The translations under genes and the position numbers were made by a program. A stretch of DNA of 64,000 bases from Candidatus Latescibacterota bacterium (lineage in GTDB: Bacteria; Latescibacterota; UBA2968; UBA8231): contig CBDCSU010000006.1 in NCBI GenBank assembly GCA_965221775.1, forward strand, positions 1,600,001 to 1,664,000, written 5' to 3'. The notes under the pieces were generated by a model. The model did no database searches and was not told the origin of the DNA. It was given only the letters and a program-made list of their open reading frames with translations. Below are positions 27,919 through 38,486 of this stretch, piece after piece (the stretch's first letter is position 1; the number at the start of each line of letters is the position of its first letter).

Positions 27919-29370
27919 ATGAACCGCCCCAACATCCTCTTCATCCTCTCCGACCAGCACAGCAAGCACCACCTCGGCTGCTACGGCGACCCGGTGGTGC
28001 GCACCCCGCACCTGGACCGCCTGGCCGGGGAGGGGATGCGCTTCACCAATGCGTACACCGCCTCGCCTTTGTGCGTGCCGGCGCGCATGGCCTTCATGAC
28101 CGGGCGGCGGCCCAGCGCCAACGAGGCCTGGCTCAACGAGCACATCCTCAGCTCGGCCCTGCCCACCTGGGCTCACGCCCTGGGCGCCGCCGGATACGAG
28201 ACCGCCCTCATCGGCCGCATGCACTTCGTCGGCCCCGACCAGCGCCACGGCTTCGAGCGCCGGCCCATCGGCGAGTATGCCATGTATCCCGGAGCGGCCC
28301 GGCAGGGCGCGCCCATGTTCAAGACGATCCCCGCCAGCACCTCGGGCCAGACCCGCGAGTCCGTCGAGATCGCCGGCCACGGCCGCACCACGTACCAGTC
28401 CTTCGACGACCGCGTCGCCGACGCGGCCTGCGCCTACCTGGAGGAACAGGCGCAAGGGCGGGGCCGGCCCTTTGCCGCGGTGGCCGGCTTCCTGCTGCCC
28501 CACTGCCCGTTCTTCGCGCCCAGGGACCTCTACGACTACTACTACGACCGCGTCGACGTGCCGCAGCCCGACCCGGCCGGGGAGCCGGCGGCGGTGACCA
28601 ACTTCAAGAAGCACCGCGGCATCGCCGAGCCCCTGCCCGAAGAGCGCATCCGCGTGGCGCGGGCGGCCTACTTCGGCCTGTGCGAGTACTTCGACCGCAA
28701 GGTCGGCCAGCTCCTCGACACTCTCGACCAGACCGGTCTGAGCGACAACACCCTGGTGGTCTACGCCAGCGACCACGGCGAGATGGCCGGCGAGCACGGC
28801 TGCTGGTGGAAGAGCAACTACTACGAGGGCTCGGTGGGCGTCCCCCTCATCGCCCGCCTGCCCGGGGTGGTGCCCGCCGGCGTGGAGAGCGCGGCGATCT
28901 GCAATCTGCTGGACTGGGCCCCTACCGCCGTGGAAGTGGCCGGCGGCACACCCATGCCCGCCCTCGACGGCCATTCCCTGTGGAGCGAGATGCGGGGCCT
29001 GCCGGACGAGTCCCGGCCCGATGTCACATTCAGCGAGCTGGGGCCGACTCGGGGGGATCCTCCTTCACGGATGATCCGGCGCGGACCGTGGAAGCTGTAT
29101 GCGTATCACGGGGACACGCCTCCGGCGTTGTTCAATCTGGAGGATGACCCGGGGGAGTGGAACGACCTGGCCGGAGATGACGCTTGCCGCGCCGTGCGGC
29201 AGGAGTTGCTGGAGCAGCTCTACGAGGGCTGGGACCCGGAGCGGGTGGCGCGGCGCAGCGCCGAGCTGATGCGGGACTCGGAGGTTCTGGTGGCATGGGG
29301 GGAGGCGGTGCAGCCGGTGCATGAGGATACGCTGGCGGTGGAGGATGTAGAGGATGTGGTGCGCTGTTGA
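27919..29370 (+). CDS. Formylglycine-dependent sulfatase (choline-sulfatase-like)
   Basis: PNILFILSDQH, CVPAR (CxPxR), GRMH, SDHGE. Confidence 0.93.
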   Translation: MNRPNILFILSDQHSKHHLGCYGDPVVRTPHLDRLAGEGMRFTNAYTASPLCVPARMAFMTGRRPSANEAWLNEHILSSALPTWAHALGAAGYETALIGRMHFVGPDQRHGFERRPIGEYAMYPGAARQGAPMFKTIPASTSGQTRESVEIAGHGRTTYQSFDDRVADAACAYLEEQAQGRGRPFAAVAGFLLPHCPFFAPRDLYDYYYDRVDVPQPDPAGEPAAVTNFKKHRGIAEPLPEERIRVARAAYFGLCEYFDRKVGQLLDTLDQTGLSDNTLVVYASDHGEMAGEHGCWWKSNYYEGSVGVPLIARLPGVVPAGVESAAICNLLDWAPTAVEVAGGTPMPALDGHSLWSEMRGLPDESRPDVTFSELGPTRGDPPSRMIRRGPWKLYAYHGDTPPALFNLEDDPGEWNDLAGDDACRAVRQELLEQLYEGWDPERVARRSAELMRDSEVLVAWGEAVQPVHEDTLAVEDVEDVVRC

Positions 29371-29396
29371 GGGGTGGTGGGTGGTTCCGCTTGGCC

Positions 29397-29601
29397 GGGC
29401 GGTGCCGGCGGCTCCGGCCGCGCCTTTGGCGGCGCGTACGCCGGGCCTGGTTGGTTGGGGCTATCGACTGGGGGTGGGTTCGTGGGGCTGGCGAGCCCCT
29501 CGCTTCGCTCGGGTCTCTGGGCCCTCTTGGATGCGTGCAGGTGGTGACCCCGCCCGGCGTAGTGCGCCGCCCAGGCGCGGCCTGCGCCGCCGGCACCGCC
29601 C
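29397..29601 (+). repeat. Dispersed element A, copy 5
   Basis: Arms gggcggtgccggcggc/gccgccggcaccgccc; core ctcgcttcgctc. Confidence 0.95.
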
Positions 29602-29642
29602 TGCGTGGGTGAGATCCGGCACACTCTTTCTTGTGAACCGGG

Positions 29643-29692
29643 GTGGCGCCTGACGGGGTCCTGGGCCGATGGTGGGTCCGGCGCCACTCGAT
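29643..29692 (+). repeat. Hairpin module B following copy 5
   Basis: gtggcgcc...ccggcgccactcgat. Confidence 0.8.
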
Positions 29693-29747
29693 CTGGTGGG
29701 GCGCCAGCTTGGTGGCCTGTTGTTGACGGGGTAATCATCACGAAGGC

Positions 29748-31826
29748 ATGGAAATGGGAGCACCTCGCCGCCTGAGCCGCATCATCGAGCACTGGACCCT
29801 GCCTCGGGCGTCCCAGGTGCTCGATCATGTGCGTCGGGCGCGGATCGAGCTGGTGCAGGTGGGGAACTTCGGGGCCGACTTCTATTCGCTGGCCGGCGAC
29901 GAGAGTGTCCCGGCGTCGTGGTCGGGCATGCCTCTCGGCAGCGTGAAGGCCAGTCTCGATCTGGCGGCGGAGGTCATTCCCCGGATCCAGGAAGCCGGGG
30001 CCCTGGTGACGGGGCAGTTGTCGACGACGATGCACTTCGGCAACCACGAGGAGGGCATTGGTCTCTTCGGCCCGAACTGGTCTCGCATGTGGACCGAGGA
30101 TCTGCTGGGCCCGCCGCCGTGCGCTTCCGCCGAAGAGGTGACGCAGCGCGATGCCGACGGCTCCCTGCGGTGGCGCACCATCCCGGGGCGCCCCTACCGC
30201 ACCTATCGCGGCTGCATGAGCAACCCCGGCTGGCTGGCGGTCCTCAAGGCGATGGTGCGCAAGGGGATCGCCCTCGGGCTCGACGGCTTCAACGCCACCC
30301 ACCACTACGAGTCCCTGTGCCACTGCCGGCACTGCTGCGACTATGGGCGCCGCTACCTTGGCGCTCGGCTGACCGAAGAGGAGGTTCAGGCGATTTTCGG
30401 ATGCGCCGACCTCGAGGAGGTGCCCGACGTGTTCACCGCGCGGCCGGATGGCCCGCCGGAGCTGGCCGCCCGGCTGGAGCTCCTCCTCGCCCAGGGCTCG
30501 GCCCTCAAGCGCAAGGAGTCCTTCGACGAGGTCTTCATCGAGTTCGGGCGGTCTCTCAAACCCGACCTGCTGCTGGCGCAGTGGTACCACAAGTACGACT
30601 TCCGGCCCCACGACGAGCGGTCGCTCCTGCCGCGGGAAATGTGGGCCCGGGGCGAGGACTATCTGTGGTACAGCCAGGGGCCGTCCAAGGCGGTCTGCTC
30701 CCTCTCCCAGGGCTACCTGGCGGACATGGGGCTGCCGTCCCGGTTCCTGTACGCCGCCGGCGGCGGCCGGCCCTTCGTCATCAACAAGTACGACTACCGG
30801 CGCTGGCGTATCTGGGCCGCCGAGGCGATGGCCCATCACGGCACGGCGCTCGCCTTTCACGCCGGACCTCCGCGCCTGGATCAGGAGGAGAGCGGCAACG
30901 TCGCGCCGGAGGACTACTACGGGCCCGTCATCCGCTGCCAGCGCTTCATGTTCCAACACGAGGAACTGCTGCACCCGGCGGACCCGTGGTCGCAGGTCGC
31001 CCTCGTCTACCCGGGAAGGGCGGAGATGCAGGCGGAGATGGACTGCCTCGACGCCCTCAAGCGGCTCGGGCAACACCTGGAGGACGGCCACTGGCTCTTC
31101 GACATCCTCCTCGACGAGCAGCTGCTCGAGCGCGCCGGCGACTACGAGGCCCTCGTGCTGCCGGAGGTTCAATGGCTGAGCGCCGCGGAGGGCGAGCGGC
31201 TGGAGGAGTTCGTCCGCGGAGGAGGCCGCCTGGTCTTCACTGGCAACTGCGGACGCCTGGATGTGGACGGGTCGCCCCGCGAGGAGCCGCTGCTTCAGGC
31301 CCTGAGAGCCCCTCCGGCCGCCGGAGCGATCGGCGGCCTCACGGACGGTGCCATGCACATTCCCGATGGACCCTGGGCTCCCGAGGTGCTGCCGATCAAG
31401 GGGCTCCCGCAGGAGATGCCGGTCTTTCCCCGGCTCGAGGACGACCCCTTCGGCCAGCGGTTCCTCGCGGAGCTGGAGGATCTCCTCGGCCGTCCGCGGC
31501 TGGTCACCGACGCACCCTGGTTCGTGCGGGTCCGCGCCTGGCGCCCGCGGGAGGTGGACGCCGTGGTCATCCACTGGATCAACTACCGGCAGGACGAGGA
31601 CGCCGCCATCGAGGTGCCGATGCCGGTGGGGCCGATCGAGGCCGAGTGCGAGGTGCCCGAGGGCTGGCGGGTGAAGCGGGTCGAGTGGCGCTACCCGGAG
31701 ATGCGGGAGCCGGAGGCGCTCGCGCACCGGGAGAGCGAATCCCGCGTCCGCTTCACGATTTCGCGCCTCATCGTCCACGGCATGTGCGTTCTGCATCTGG
31801 GGCCGAGCGGCTCGGGGAGCCGGTGA
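29748..31826 (+). CDS. Hypothetical glycoside hydrolase-like protein (TIM barrel plus GH42-like trimerization domain)
   Basis: 692 aa; CMSNPGW, CHCRHC, and YEALVLPEV.WLS...LEEFVRGGGRLV (GATase-like domain). Confidence 0.6.
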   Translation: MEMGAPRRLSRIIEHWTLPRASQVLDHVRRARIELVQVGNFGADFYSLAGDESVPASWSGMPLGSVKASLDLAAEVIPRIQEAGALVTGQLSTTMHFGNHEEGIGLFGPNWSRMWTEDLLGPPPCASAEEVTQRDADGSLRWRTIPGRPYRTYRGCMSNPGWLAVLKAMVRKGIALGLDGFNATHHYESLCHCRHCCDYGRRYLGARLTEEEVQAIFGCADLEEVPDVFTARPDGPPELAARLELLLAQGSALKRKESFDEVFIEFGRSLKPDLLLAQWYHKYDFRPHDERSLLPREMWARGEDYLWYSQGPSKAVCSLSQGYLADMGLPSRFLYAAGGGRPFVINKYDYRRWRIWAAEAMAHHGTALAFHAGPPRLDQEESGNVAPEDYYGPVIRCQRFMFQHEELLHPADPWSQVALVYPGRAEMQAEMDCLDALKRLGQHLEDGHWLFDILLDEQLLERAGDYEALVLPEVQWLSAAEGERLEEFVRGGGRLVFTGNCGRLDVDGSPREEPLLQALRAPPAAGAIGGLTDGAMHIPDGPWAPEVLPIKGLPQEMPVFPRLEDDPFGQRFLAELEDLLGRPRLVTDAPWFVRVRAWRPREVDAVVIHWINYRQDEDAAIEVPMPVGPIEAECEVPEGWRVKRVEWRYPEMREPEALAHRESESRVRFTISRLIVHGMCVLHLGPSGSGSR

Positions 31827-31827
31827 G

Positions 31828-32694
31828 GTGAACGTGAGTCAGCCCGAGCGAACCTTCAAGACAGGGCCCAGCCCGGATCAGCTGCGGGCCATGGACCGCG
31901 ATCTGCGGTTCCACCCCAGCACCACGCGGGAACCCGCCGCCCTCACCCGCCCCCAGATCGAGTCCTTCAACCGGGACGGCTACATCAAGGGCCTGCGCAT
32001 CTTCGACGACGGCGAGATCGCCGCGCACCGGCGCTACTTCGACCGCCTGTTGGCGGATACCATGGCCGCCGGCGGCACCAGCTACGCTATCTCCTCGGCC
32101 CATCTGAAGTGCGGCCGGGTGTACGACCTGATGCGCCACCCGCGCTTGGTCGCCTGCGCCCAGGACATCCTGGGCGGGGAGATCGTCGGCCTGGCGTCGC
32201 AGTTCTTCTGCAAGATGCCCCACGATCCGGTGAGCATCTCCTGGCACCAGGACGCCAGCTACTGGCCGCTGACGCCATCGAAGACGGTCACCATCTGGCT
32301 GGCCTTGGACGATGCCGATACGGAGAACTCGTGCATGCGCTTCGTCGCGGGATCGCATCGGCACGGGCATCTGCCCTACCGCCAGAGCGGGGAAGAGGAG
32401 AACAACCTGTTCAACCAGACCGCCCTGGATGTGGAGAAGTACGGCGAGTGCGTGGATGTGGAGCTGAAGGCGGGGGAGATCTCGATGCACTCCGACCTGC
32501 TGCTGCACGGCTCCGAAGGCAATCGCTCGGCCCGCCGGCGCTGCGGTCTGACCCTGCGTTACTGCGCCATGGAGGTGCGGGCCCTGCCCGGCTTCGGCTG
32601 GGCCGAGGAAGGCGTCGTCATCAGCGGCGTGGACTCCGCCGGCCACTGGGGCAATCCGCCCCGCCCCGAGCGCGACCTGATCCTGCCGGACTGA
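31828..32694 (+). CDS. PhyH-family Fe(II)/2OG dioxygenase
   Basis: WHQDASYW, TIWLALDD, GSH, LLHGS, RRCG. Confidence 0.92.
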   Translation: MNVSQPERTFKTGPSPDQLRAMDRDLRFHPSTTREPAALTRPQIESFNRDGYIKGLRIFDDGEIAAHRRYFDRLLADTMAAGGTSYAISSAHLKCGRVYDLMRHPRLVACAQDILGGEIVGLASQFFCKMPHDPVSISWHQDASYWPLTPSKTVTIWLALDDADTENSCMRFVAGSHRHGHLPYRQSGEEENNLFNQTALDVEKYGECVDVELKAGEISMHSDLLLHGSEGNRSARRRCGLTLRYCAMEVRALPGFGWAEEGVVISGVDSAGHWGNPPRPERDLILPD

Positions 32695-32820
32695 ACTCGA
32701 TCAGGGGGCACCGCACGCGATCGTTGGTCTCGACCGGCCGGTGGCCTCGCCCAGGGTGAATGACGGCCAGGTCCGGCCCTCTCCGGCGCCGAGTTGCCCC
32801 GCAGGGGCGTGGCTCCGCCG

Positions 32821-34074
32821 TCAGCTCCCGCCGCCGCCCTCCAGCACCGGCCCCTCCCGCTCGAGGCGCGCCATCATGGCGCTGAACCCGGCCGAGCCGT
32901 CGTCATCCCAGTACTCCGTCTTCAACGGCGCCGCGAAGCTCACGGGCATCAGCTCCCGGCTCCAGTCCGGCCGGACCATGAAGTGCGGGTTCTCCGGGTC
33001 GGGGCGGGCGTAGAGGGTGGTGCCGTTGTCGTAGCGGCTGACGAGGATAAACCGCGGTTTCGACGCCGGCTCGATCTGCTCCAGGCGCCTCACCTCGTCC
33101 ATGTCCAGCTCGACCCCCAGGCCGGGCCGCTCGGGCACGCGGATGAAGCCGTTCACCGGGTTCAGCGGCTCGGTGACGAAGCGCTCGCTCGAGACTTCGG
33201 TGGTGGCGTTGACGAAGTGGAAGCTCGCCGAGGGAAAGGCCGCCATCATGTGGGCGTTCATGGCGCGGGTGATGTCGCTGCCCGTGTTCTGCAGCATGAA
33301 GGGACTGTCGCCGGCGGCGAAGAGGCCGGCCTTGCGCACCGCGTCGCCGATCTTCGAGTGGCCGAGCATGTAGGCGTCGGCGGGCCGGCGCAGGACCTCG
33401 TAGGTAGCCCCCGTGGGGAAGTGGTGCAGGACGATGGGCAGGCGGGAGCGCAGGCGCAGCTCGATGTAGCCGTCGATGTCCTCGCCGGGCAGGGGGTCCT
33501 CGAAGCAGCCGGCGATCTCGTACCCGGCGAGTCGGTCGAGCAGCTCCGGCATGTGGTCCTCGGTGCCGTGCATGGTGAAGTCGTAGTGGAGCTTGAACCC
33601 CTTGGGAGCCACCGCCTGCATCGCCTCGGTCTGGTCGAACACGTTCTCGAAGGGCGAGAGGTGGAACTTCATCCACGTGTGCCCCTGCTGCGCGTAGGCC
33701 GACACGGCCCGGGCCATGCGCTCGGGATGGGTGCTCACCGTCCACGCCGCCACGGGCACCCAGGAGCGGTACTTCTGGCCGAAGAGCTTGTACACCGGCA
33801 CGCCGGCGGCCTTGCCCATGAGGTCGTACATCGCCGTCCCCAGGCCGAGGGAGGTCTCGTCGCCCAGCCAGTCGAAGGGGTTCGAGCCGATGTACCGGTC
33901 CAGCACCTCCTCTCTCTCGATCCCCTCCGACTCGCCGAGGCCGGTGAGGCCGCTGTCGGTGCGGACCACGTAGATGGTGCGTTGAGTCAGGTCGTGGTAG
34001 TGGAGCAGCTCGTAGGCCCTGGCCTCGTCGTAGGGCAGGGTCACCCGGTGGATGTCGATCTCCGTGACTCTCAA
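32821..34074 (-). CDS. Mandelate racemase/muconate lactonizing enzyme family
   Basis: AMYDLMGKAAGVPVYKLFG, MKFH, FEDP, PERPGLGVELD; TTG start. Confidence 0.88.
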   Translation of the reverse strand: MRVTEIDIHRVTLPYDEARAYELLHYHDLTQRTIYVVRTDSGLTGLGESEGIEREEVLDRYIGSNPFDWLGDETSLGLGTAMYDLMGKAAGVPVYKLFGQKYRSWVPVAAWTVSTHPERMARAVSAYAQQGHTWMKFHLSPFENVFDQTEAMQAVAPKGFKLHYDFTMHGTEDHMPELLDRLAGYEIAGCFEDPLPGEDIDGYIELRLRSRLPIVLHHFPTGATYEVLRRPADAYMLGHSKIGDAVRKAGLFAAGDSPFMLQNTGSDITRAMNAHMMAAFPSASFHFVNATTEVSSERFVTEPLNPVNGFIRVPERPGLGVELDMDEVRRLEQIEPASKPRFILVSRYDNGTTLYARPDPENPHFMVRPDWSRELMPVSFAAPLKTEYWDDDGSAGFSAMMARLEREGPVLEGGGGS

Positions 34075-35678
34075 GTTGGACTCCCCTCTCCCTTTGGATA
34101 CCGCACCACGAGCTCGACGTCGGTGAGAGTCAGGGATGAAGCGACCTGCGGATTGCGCTCCTCCACGACAACTCGCACCATGTGCTCCCCCGCCGGCACA
34201 TCCCTGTCGCTGAAATCCCAGCTGAGCCACACGGCGGTGCTCCCTTCGGCGATCTCCCGCCAGCGCGGCAGCGGCTGAAAGGCGCCGCCAGGGGGCGAGG
34301 GACTCTCCAGCCGGCAGTAGTCGATCCGCGGCGCCTCCAGCTCGACTCCGTCCCACCACACCCGCAGCGCGTCCCTGTCCGTCCACTCGGTCACGCGCAG
34401 CCGCAGCTGCAGCGCCGTCGGCGGGTGGGTCTCGAAGTCCTCGGCGATCTCGAGGGTGATCTTGGGCCCCTCTCCGGTCAGCGTCCGCACGAGGTCGACG
34501 GGCACCTGGCCGTAGATGCGGTCGATGCGGTAGGCGCCGCGCCAGGCTCCCTCCCGCTGTATGAAGCGATGGGCGGCGGCATGGATCTTGTCGGCGGCGG
34601 CCAGGCTCTCCGGGGATCCGATCGTCGTCAGCAGGGGCCGCTTCATGTCGCGGTTGGCGTGCCAGTTGAAGACGTAGATCCCCGAGGCCCCGGCGCGGTG
34701 ATAGCGGCTGGCGATGGCGCGGGTCCGCAGGCGGTCCTTCTCCTCCGGCTCCTCCGGGCCGACGAAGGGATCGGGAAGGTTGCTGTCGAAACCGGGGTAG
34801 ACGGCGACGTCCGTTCCCTCGCACAACTCCACGAATTCCGCCGCGTCGATGCTGGCGTCGGTGACCGCGTTTCCCGCCGGGATGAGCACGTCCACCAGAC
34901 CTTCCTCGACCCAGGCGGGCACGTCGTAGCCGATGCGGCGGCACATCTCCAGCGATCCGGAGACCCGCGCCGCCAGGAAGACGGGGCGGCCCCGCTCGCG
35001 CCCGAGGGCCTCGGTCATGCGGCGGACGGCGCGCTGCAGATCGGTGAGCAGGTAGCGCAGGCGGTACCCGTGTCCGTCGGGGAAGTGGAAGGCGTGACGC
35101 TGCCAGTCCAGCTCGACGCCGTCCCAGTCGTAGCGCCGGCAGACCTCCTCCACGTGGCGGAAGCGGCGCTCGCGGATCTCGGGGACGGCCATGTTCCAGG
35201 AGAGGGCGAACCACTCCGAGGTTTGCTCCCCCAGGACCCACTCCGGGTGCTCGTGGCGCAGGGCCTCGACGCGGTGGGCCTTGCGCAGCGCCTCCAGGTC
35301 GGCGACCTGGGCGCCGCCGAAGTGATTGTCGTTCATGCGCACCGAGGCGTAGACGTGGAGACCGAGCTCGCGGCCGCGCTCGATCAGGGCCTGCTGGGGG
35401 TCCTCGCCGCGGTCGTACATGCGCAGGATGTTCTCTGTGGCGTTGTAAGCGCCCGCGCTCGGATAGGGGCGCTCCCGCGCTTGGCCGATGAACTCCACCA
35501 CGTCGCTGGGCCAGCGCGAGCCCTGGCCGCCGACGCTCCAGAACAAGGCGTCCACCTGGGTCTCTTCGAGAGGCGCGTAGACCTTCTCGAGGAAGTCCTC
35601 CATCGACTGCGGCGCCGGCGAGTAGCCATGGGGGGCGCCGTCCCAGTTGTAGATGATCCGGTAGGGGGGGACCGGCAT
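34071..35678 (-). CDS. Putative glycoside hydrolase-like TIM-barrel protein (GHL10-like)
   Basis: IIYNWDG, SVRMNDNH, YDWDGVELDWQR, GIYVFNW. Confidence 0.72.
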   Translation of the reverse strand: MPVPPYRIIYNWDGAPHGYSPAPQSMEDFLEKVYAPLEETQVDALFWSVGGQGSRWPSDVVEFIGQARERPYPSAGAYNATENILRMYDRGEDPQQALIERGRELGLHVYASVRMNDNHFGGAQVADLEALRKAHRVEALRHEHPEWVLGEQTSEWFALSWNMAVPEIRERRFRHVEEVCRRYDWDGVELDWQRHAFHFPDGHGYRLRYLLTDLQRAVRRMTEALGRERGRPVFLAARVSGSLEMCRRIGYDVPAWVEEGLVDVLIPAGNAVTDASIDAAEFVELCEGTDVAVYPGFDSNLPDPFVGPEEPEEKDRLRTRAIASRYHRAGASGIYVFNWHANRDMKRPLLTTIGSPESLAAADKIHAAAHRFIQREGAWRGAYRIDRIYGQVPVDLVRTLTGEGPKITLEIAEDFETHPPTALQLRLRVTEWTDRDALRVWWDGVELEAPRIDYCRLESPSPPGGAFQPLPRWREIAEGSTAVWLSWDFSDRDVPAGEHMVRVVVEERNPQVASSLTLTDVELVVRYPKGEGSPT

Positions 35679-35682
35679 GGGG

Positions 35683-36558
35683 TCAGTCTCCCGGGCGCAG
35701 CTGGTGGAGGGCCTCCAGCAGCCGCGGCGACAGCGGCCCGGCCCGGGCCCGGCGGGCGTTCTCGGCCGCGTGGGCCGGATCGCTGGTGCCGACGATGGCC
35801 GAGGTGATCACCGGATGGGACAGGGTGAAGCGCAGGGCGCACTCCAGCGGATCGTCCCAGGCCCCTTCGGCGGTCAGCAGGGGGCGCACCGGATCCCACC
35901 AGGGCCCGCCGTGGTGGTGGGGCGAGTCCTCGCGCAGCAGCCTGGCATTGGCGATGGGCCGTTTGGCGACCACCCCCAGGCCCGCGGCTTCGGCGGCGGG
36001 CAGCACCTCGTCCAGGGCCTCCTGGCTGAGGATGTTGAAGGTCACCTGCAGGGCGTCGAAGAGCCCCATGGAGATCGCCTGCAGGGCGTCCTCGCCGTCG
36101 CCGCTGTAGCCGGTGCAGCGCACCTTGCCGGAGTCGCGCGCCCGCAGCAGCGCCTCCGCCGCCTCGCCGGCGCGCAGGATCTCCGCCGAGCAGGTGTGCA
36201 GGAAGACGAGATCGAGCGACTCGACCCCCAGCCGCTCCAGCGACCGGTCGATGCTGCGCTCGATGACGGGGCGGGAGTACGCCTCGCCCTCTTCGCCGCC
36301 GGTGATGCAGCCGCACTTGGTGGCGATGACGAACTCGCCCATGCGGCCTGCGAGACAGCGGCCGATGAGCTCCTCGCTGCGGCCGTAGCAGTCGGCGGTG
36401 TCGATGAAGGTGATGCCCAGGTCCGGGAAGCTGTCGAAGAGGGCCTCCACCCGATCGAGGGGGGCGCCGCCGATGCGCGCCGCCCCGAAGCCGTGGCGGC
36501 TGACCTCGAGATCGGTGGACCCGAGCCTGGCGAGCTGGGCTGCGCCCGCGTCAGCCAT
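35683..36558 (-). CDS. Aldo/keto reductase
   Basis: FIDTADCYGRSEE, IATKCG, SLERLGVESLDLVFLH. Confidence 0.92.
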   Translation of the reverse strand: MADAGAAQLARLGSTDLEVSRHGFGAARIGGAPLDRVEALFDSFPDLGITFIDTADCYGRSEELIGRCLAGRMGEFVIATKCGCITGGEEGEAYSRPVIERSIDRSLERLGVESLDLVFLHTCSAEILRAGEAAEALLRARDSGKVRCTGYSGDGEDALQAISMGLFDALQVTFNILSQEALDEVLPAAEAAGLGVVAKRPIANARLLREDSPHHHGGPWWDPVRPLLTAEGAWDDPLECALRFTLSHPVITSAIVGTSDPAHAAENARRARAGPLSPRLLEALHQLRPGD

Positions 36559-37378
36559 AGGCGCCCTTGGCGTGGCGTCCGAGCATGCGCTGCAGCCGCG
36601 GCGAGGCGCCCTCCCAGACGTGGTCGGGCACGCGGTAGTCGATGAAGGGGTAGAACTTCTGCGCCACGAAGCGCTTGCTGTAGGTGACGCCGGCCATGAG
36701 GCGGGTGCGGTCCGAGCTGTTGGGGGCGCCGCGGTGCCAGACCTGGTTGTTGAACATGTAGGCGTGGGTCCGGCGGGCGAGGAAGGAGTGGGGGCCGTTG
36801 CCGTCGAAGGCAGGCTGGTCCTGCACCTCGGGCCTGCGGCCGGCGTAGTGGCTGCCGGGGACGATCTGCGTGGGCCCGTGCTTCAGCTCCTCCACGTCGG
36901 TCAGCGGCGTGAAGATCTGCATGACGAAGCAGGGCAGCGGCACGTCGGGAGAGTGGCGGGGGATCTCCGGCGGCAGCGGGAAGTGGATGAGGTCGTCGAT
37001 GTGCCAGCCCCCGGGGCCGTCGGTGACGGCTTCGGGGTTCGGGGGAGTGTAGAGGGCGTTCTGGGACATGCAGTGGCAGTCGTCCCCGAGGATCGCCTCG
37101 GCGAGGCTGGCGAAGGGCTCGCGGACGATGAGGTCGCGGAAGGCCGTGGAGTACTCGAACATGCGCATGAGGCTGCGGCCGCGGATCTGGTCGCGCGCCG
37201 GCTCGTGCATGACCGGGTCGTCCCACTTGCGCTGCATGTCCGCCTGCAGAACCTCGATCTCCTCTTCCTCGAGCACGGGCCCGAGGTCGCAGTAGCCCTC
37301 GCGCTGGAACCGCGAGAGCAGGTGTTCGGTCTCTTCCGCGGTGAAGGGCTCACCGGCGCGGATGGCGCTCTCAACCAT
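36551..37378 (-). CDS. PhyH-family Fe(II)/2OG dioxygenase
   Basis: GWHIDD, GPTQIVPGSH, VWHRG. Confidence 0.9.
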   Translation of the reverse strand: MVESAIRAGEPFTAEETEHLLSRFQREGYCDLGPVLEEEEIEVLQADMQRKWDDPVMHEPARDQIRGRSLMRMFEYSTAFRDLIVREPFASLAEAILGDDCHCMSQNALYTPPNPEAVTDGPGGWHIDDLIHFPLPPEIPRHSPDVPLPCFVMQIFTPLTDVEELKHGPTQIVPGSHYAGRRPEVQDQPAFDGNGPHSFLARRTHAYMFNNQVWHRGAPNSSDRTRLMAGVTYSKRFVAQKFYPFIDYRVPDHVWEGASPRLQRMLGRHAKGAYG

Positions 37379-38486
37379 GGCGGCTCTCCCGGTATTGCTT
37401 CAGCAGCTCGTAGTCCGGCTCCATCCCCAGGCCGGGGCGGTCGGGGACGGTCACGCAGCCCTCGGAGTCGAGCTGGAGGGGTTCTTTGAAGATGCGGCCC
37501 CGCAGGGGGTCGACGGTCTCGCGGTAGAACTCGAGGATCAGGCCGTTGGCGATCGCCGCCACCAGGTGGATGTGGATCTCCTGGGCCCCGTGGGGGGCGA
37601 TGCGCAGGTCCTGGGCCGCGGCCAGGGCCGCCACGTTCATGAACTCGGTGACGCCGCCGAGGATCTGGGCGTCGGCGTTGAAGATGGCGGCGGACTCGTG
37701 CTCGATGAGGTCGCGGAATCCGTAGCGGGTGTACTCGTTCTCACCCGTGGCGATGGGGATCGTCGTTGCCTTCGCCACCTGGGCGTGGCCGCGGTAGTCG
37801 TCGGGAGCCACCGGCTCCTCGAACCAGAAGATGTCGTAGGGCTCCATCTTCCGGGCCAGCTCGATCGCCTCGTACGCGGCGTAGGCGTTGTTGGCGTCGA
37901 CGAGGAGCTTGATGTCGGGGCCGATCGCCTCGCGCACGACCCGCACGCGCTCCACGTCCTCGTTGATCGGCACGGCGCCGACCTTCATCTTCACTGCCCT
38001 GGCGCCGAGGTCGAGGCTCTCCTCCATCTCCCTGGCCAGCTCCTTCAGCCCCTTCCCCTCCTCGTAGTAACCCCCGGCCACGTAGGCCGGGATGCGGTCG
38101 GTGAAGCCGCCGAGCAGCTTGTGCACCGGCTTGCCGAGGGCCTTCCCCATCAGGTCCCACAGGGCGATGTCGATGGCGCTGATGATGTGCGTCGACATGC
38201 CGCGGCGCCCGACGATCTTGGGCAGCCACATGTTCGCCCAGATGCGGCGGTAGGCGAAGGGGTCCTCGCCGATGAGGGCCTCCTTGAAGTGGGCCACCAG
38301 GGCCTCGCCCACGGCCCCCGGCCGGGTGGCCGCGGTGCCGCCTCCCCAGCCGATCCCCGACAGGCCCTCGTCGGTATGCACGTGCACGAGGTTGAACACC
38401 ACCGTCCGGTAGGTGTACTTGCCGTTGCTGATCGGCTTCGGCTTCGGCCAGGCGTAACAGTCGATGGTCACGTCCGTGATCTTCAT
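37371..38486 (-). CDS. Mandelate racemase-like sugar-acid dehydratase
   Basis: SAIDIALWDLMGK, VKMKVG, LVDAN, WFEEP, ATGENE, APH. Confidence 0.92.
   Translation of the reverse strand: MKITDVTIDCYAWPKPKPISNGKYTYRTVVFNLVHVHTDEGLSGIGWGGGTAATRPGAVGEALVAHFKEALIGEDPFAYRRIWANMWLPKIVGRRGMSTHIISAIDIALWDLMGKALGKPVHKLLGGFTDRIPAYVAGGYYEEGKGLKELAREMEESLDLGARAVKMKVGAVPINEDVERVRVVREAIGPDIKLLVDANNAYAAYEAIELARKMEPYDIFWFEEPVAPDDYRGHAQVAKATTIPIATGENEYTRYGFRDLIEHESAAIFNADAQILGGVTEFMNVAALAAAQDLRIAPHGAQEIHIHLVAAIANGLILEFYRETVDPLRGRIFKEPLQLDSEGCVTVPDRPGLGMEPDYELLKQYRESRHG

Noticed and set aside
31828-32694. This PhyH gene as a SyrB2-like halogenase
   Set aside because: It keeps the canonical HQD carboxylate ligand.
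32735-32815. Possible degenerate module B between convergent genes
   Set aside because: Only short gtggc and ccggcgcc matches with no paired stem; too weak in GC-rich DNA.
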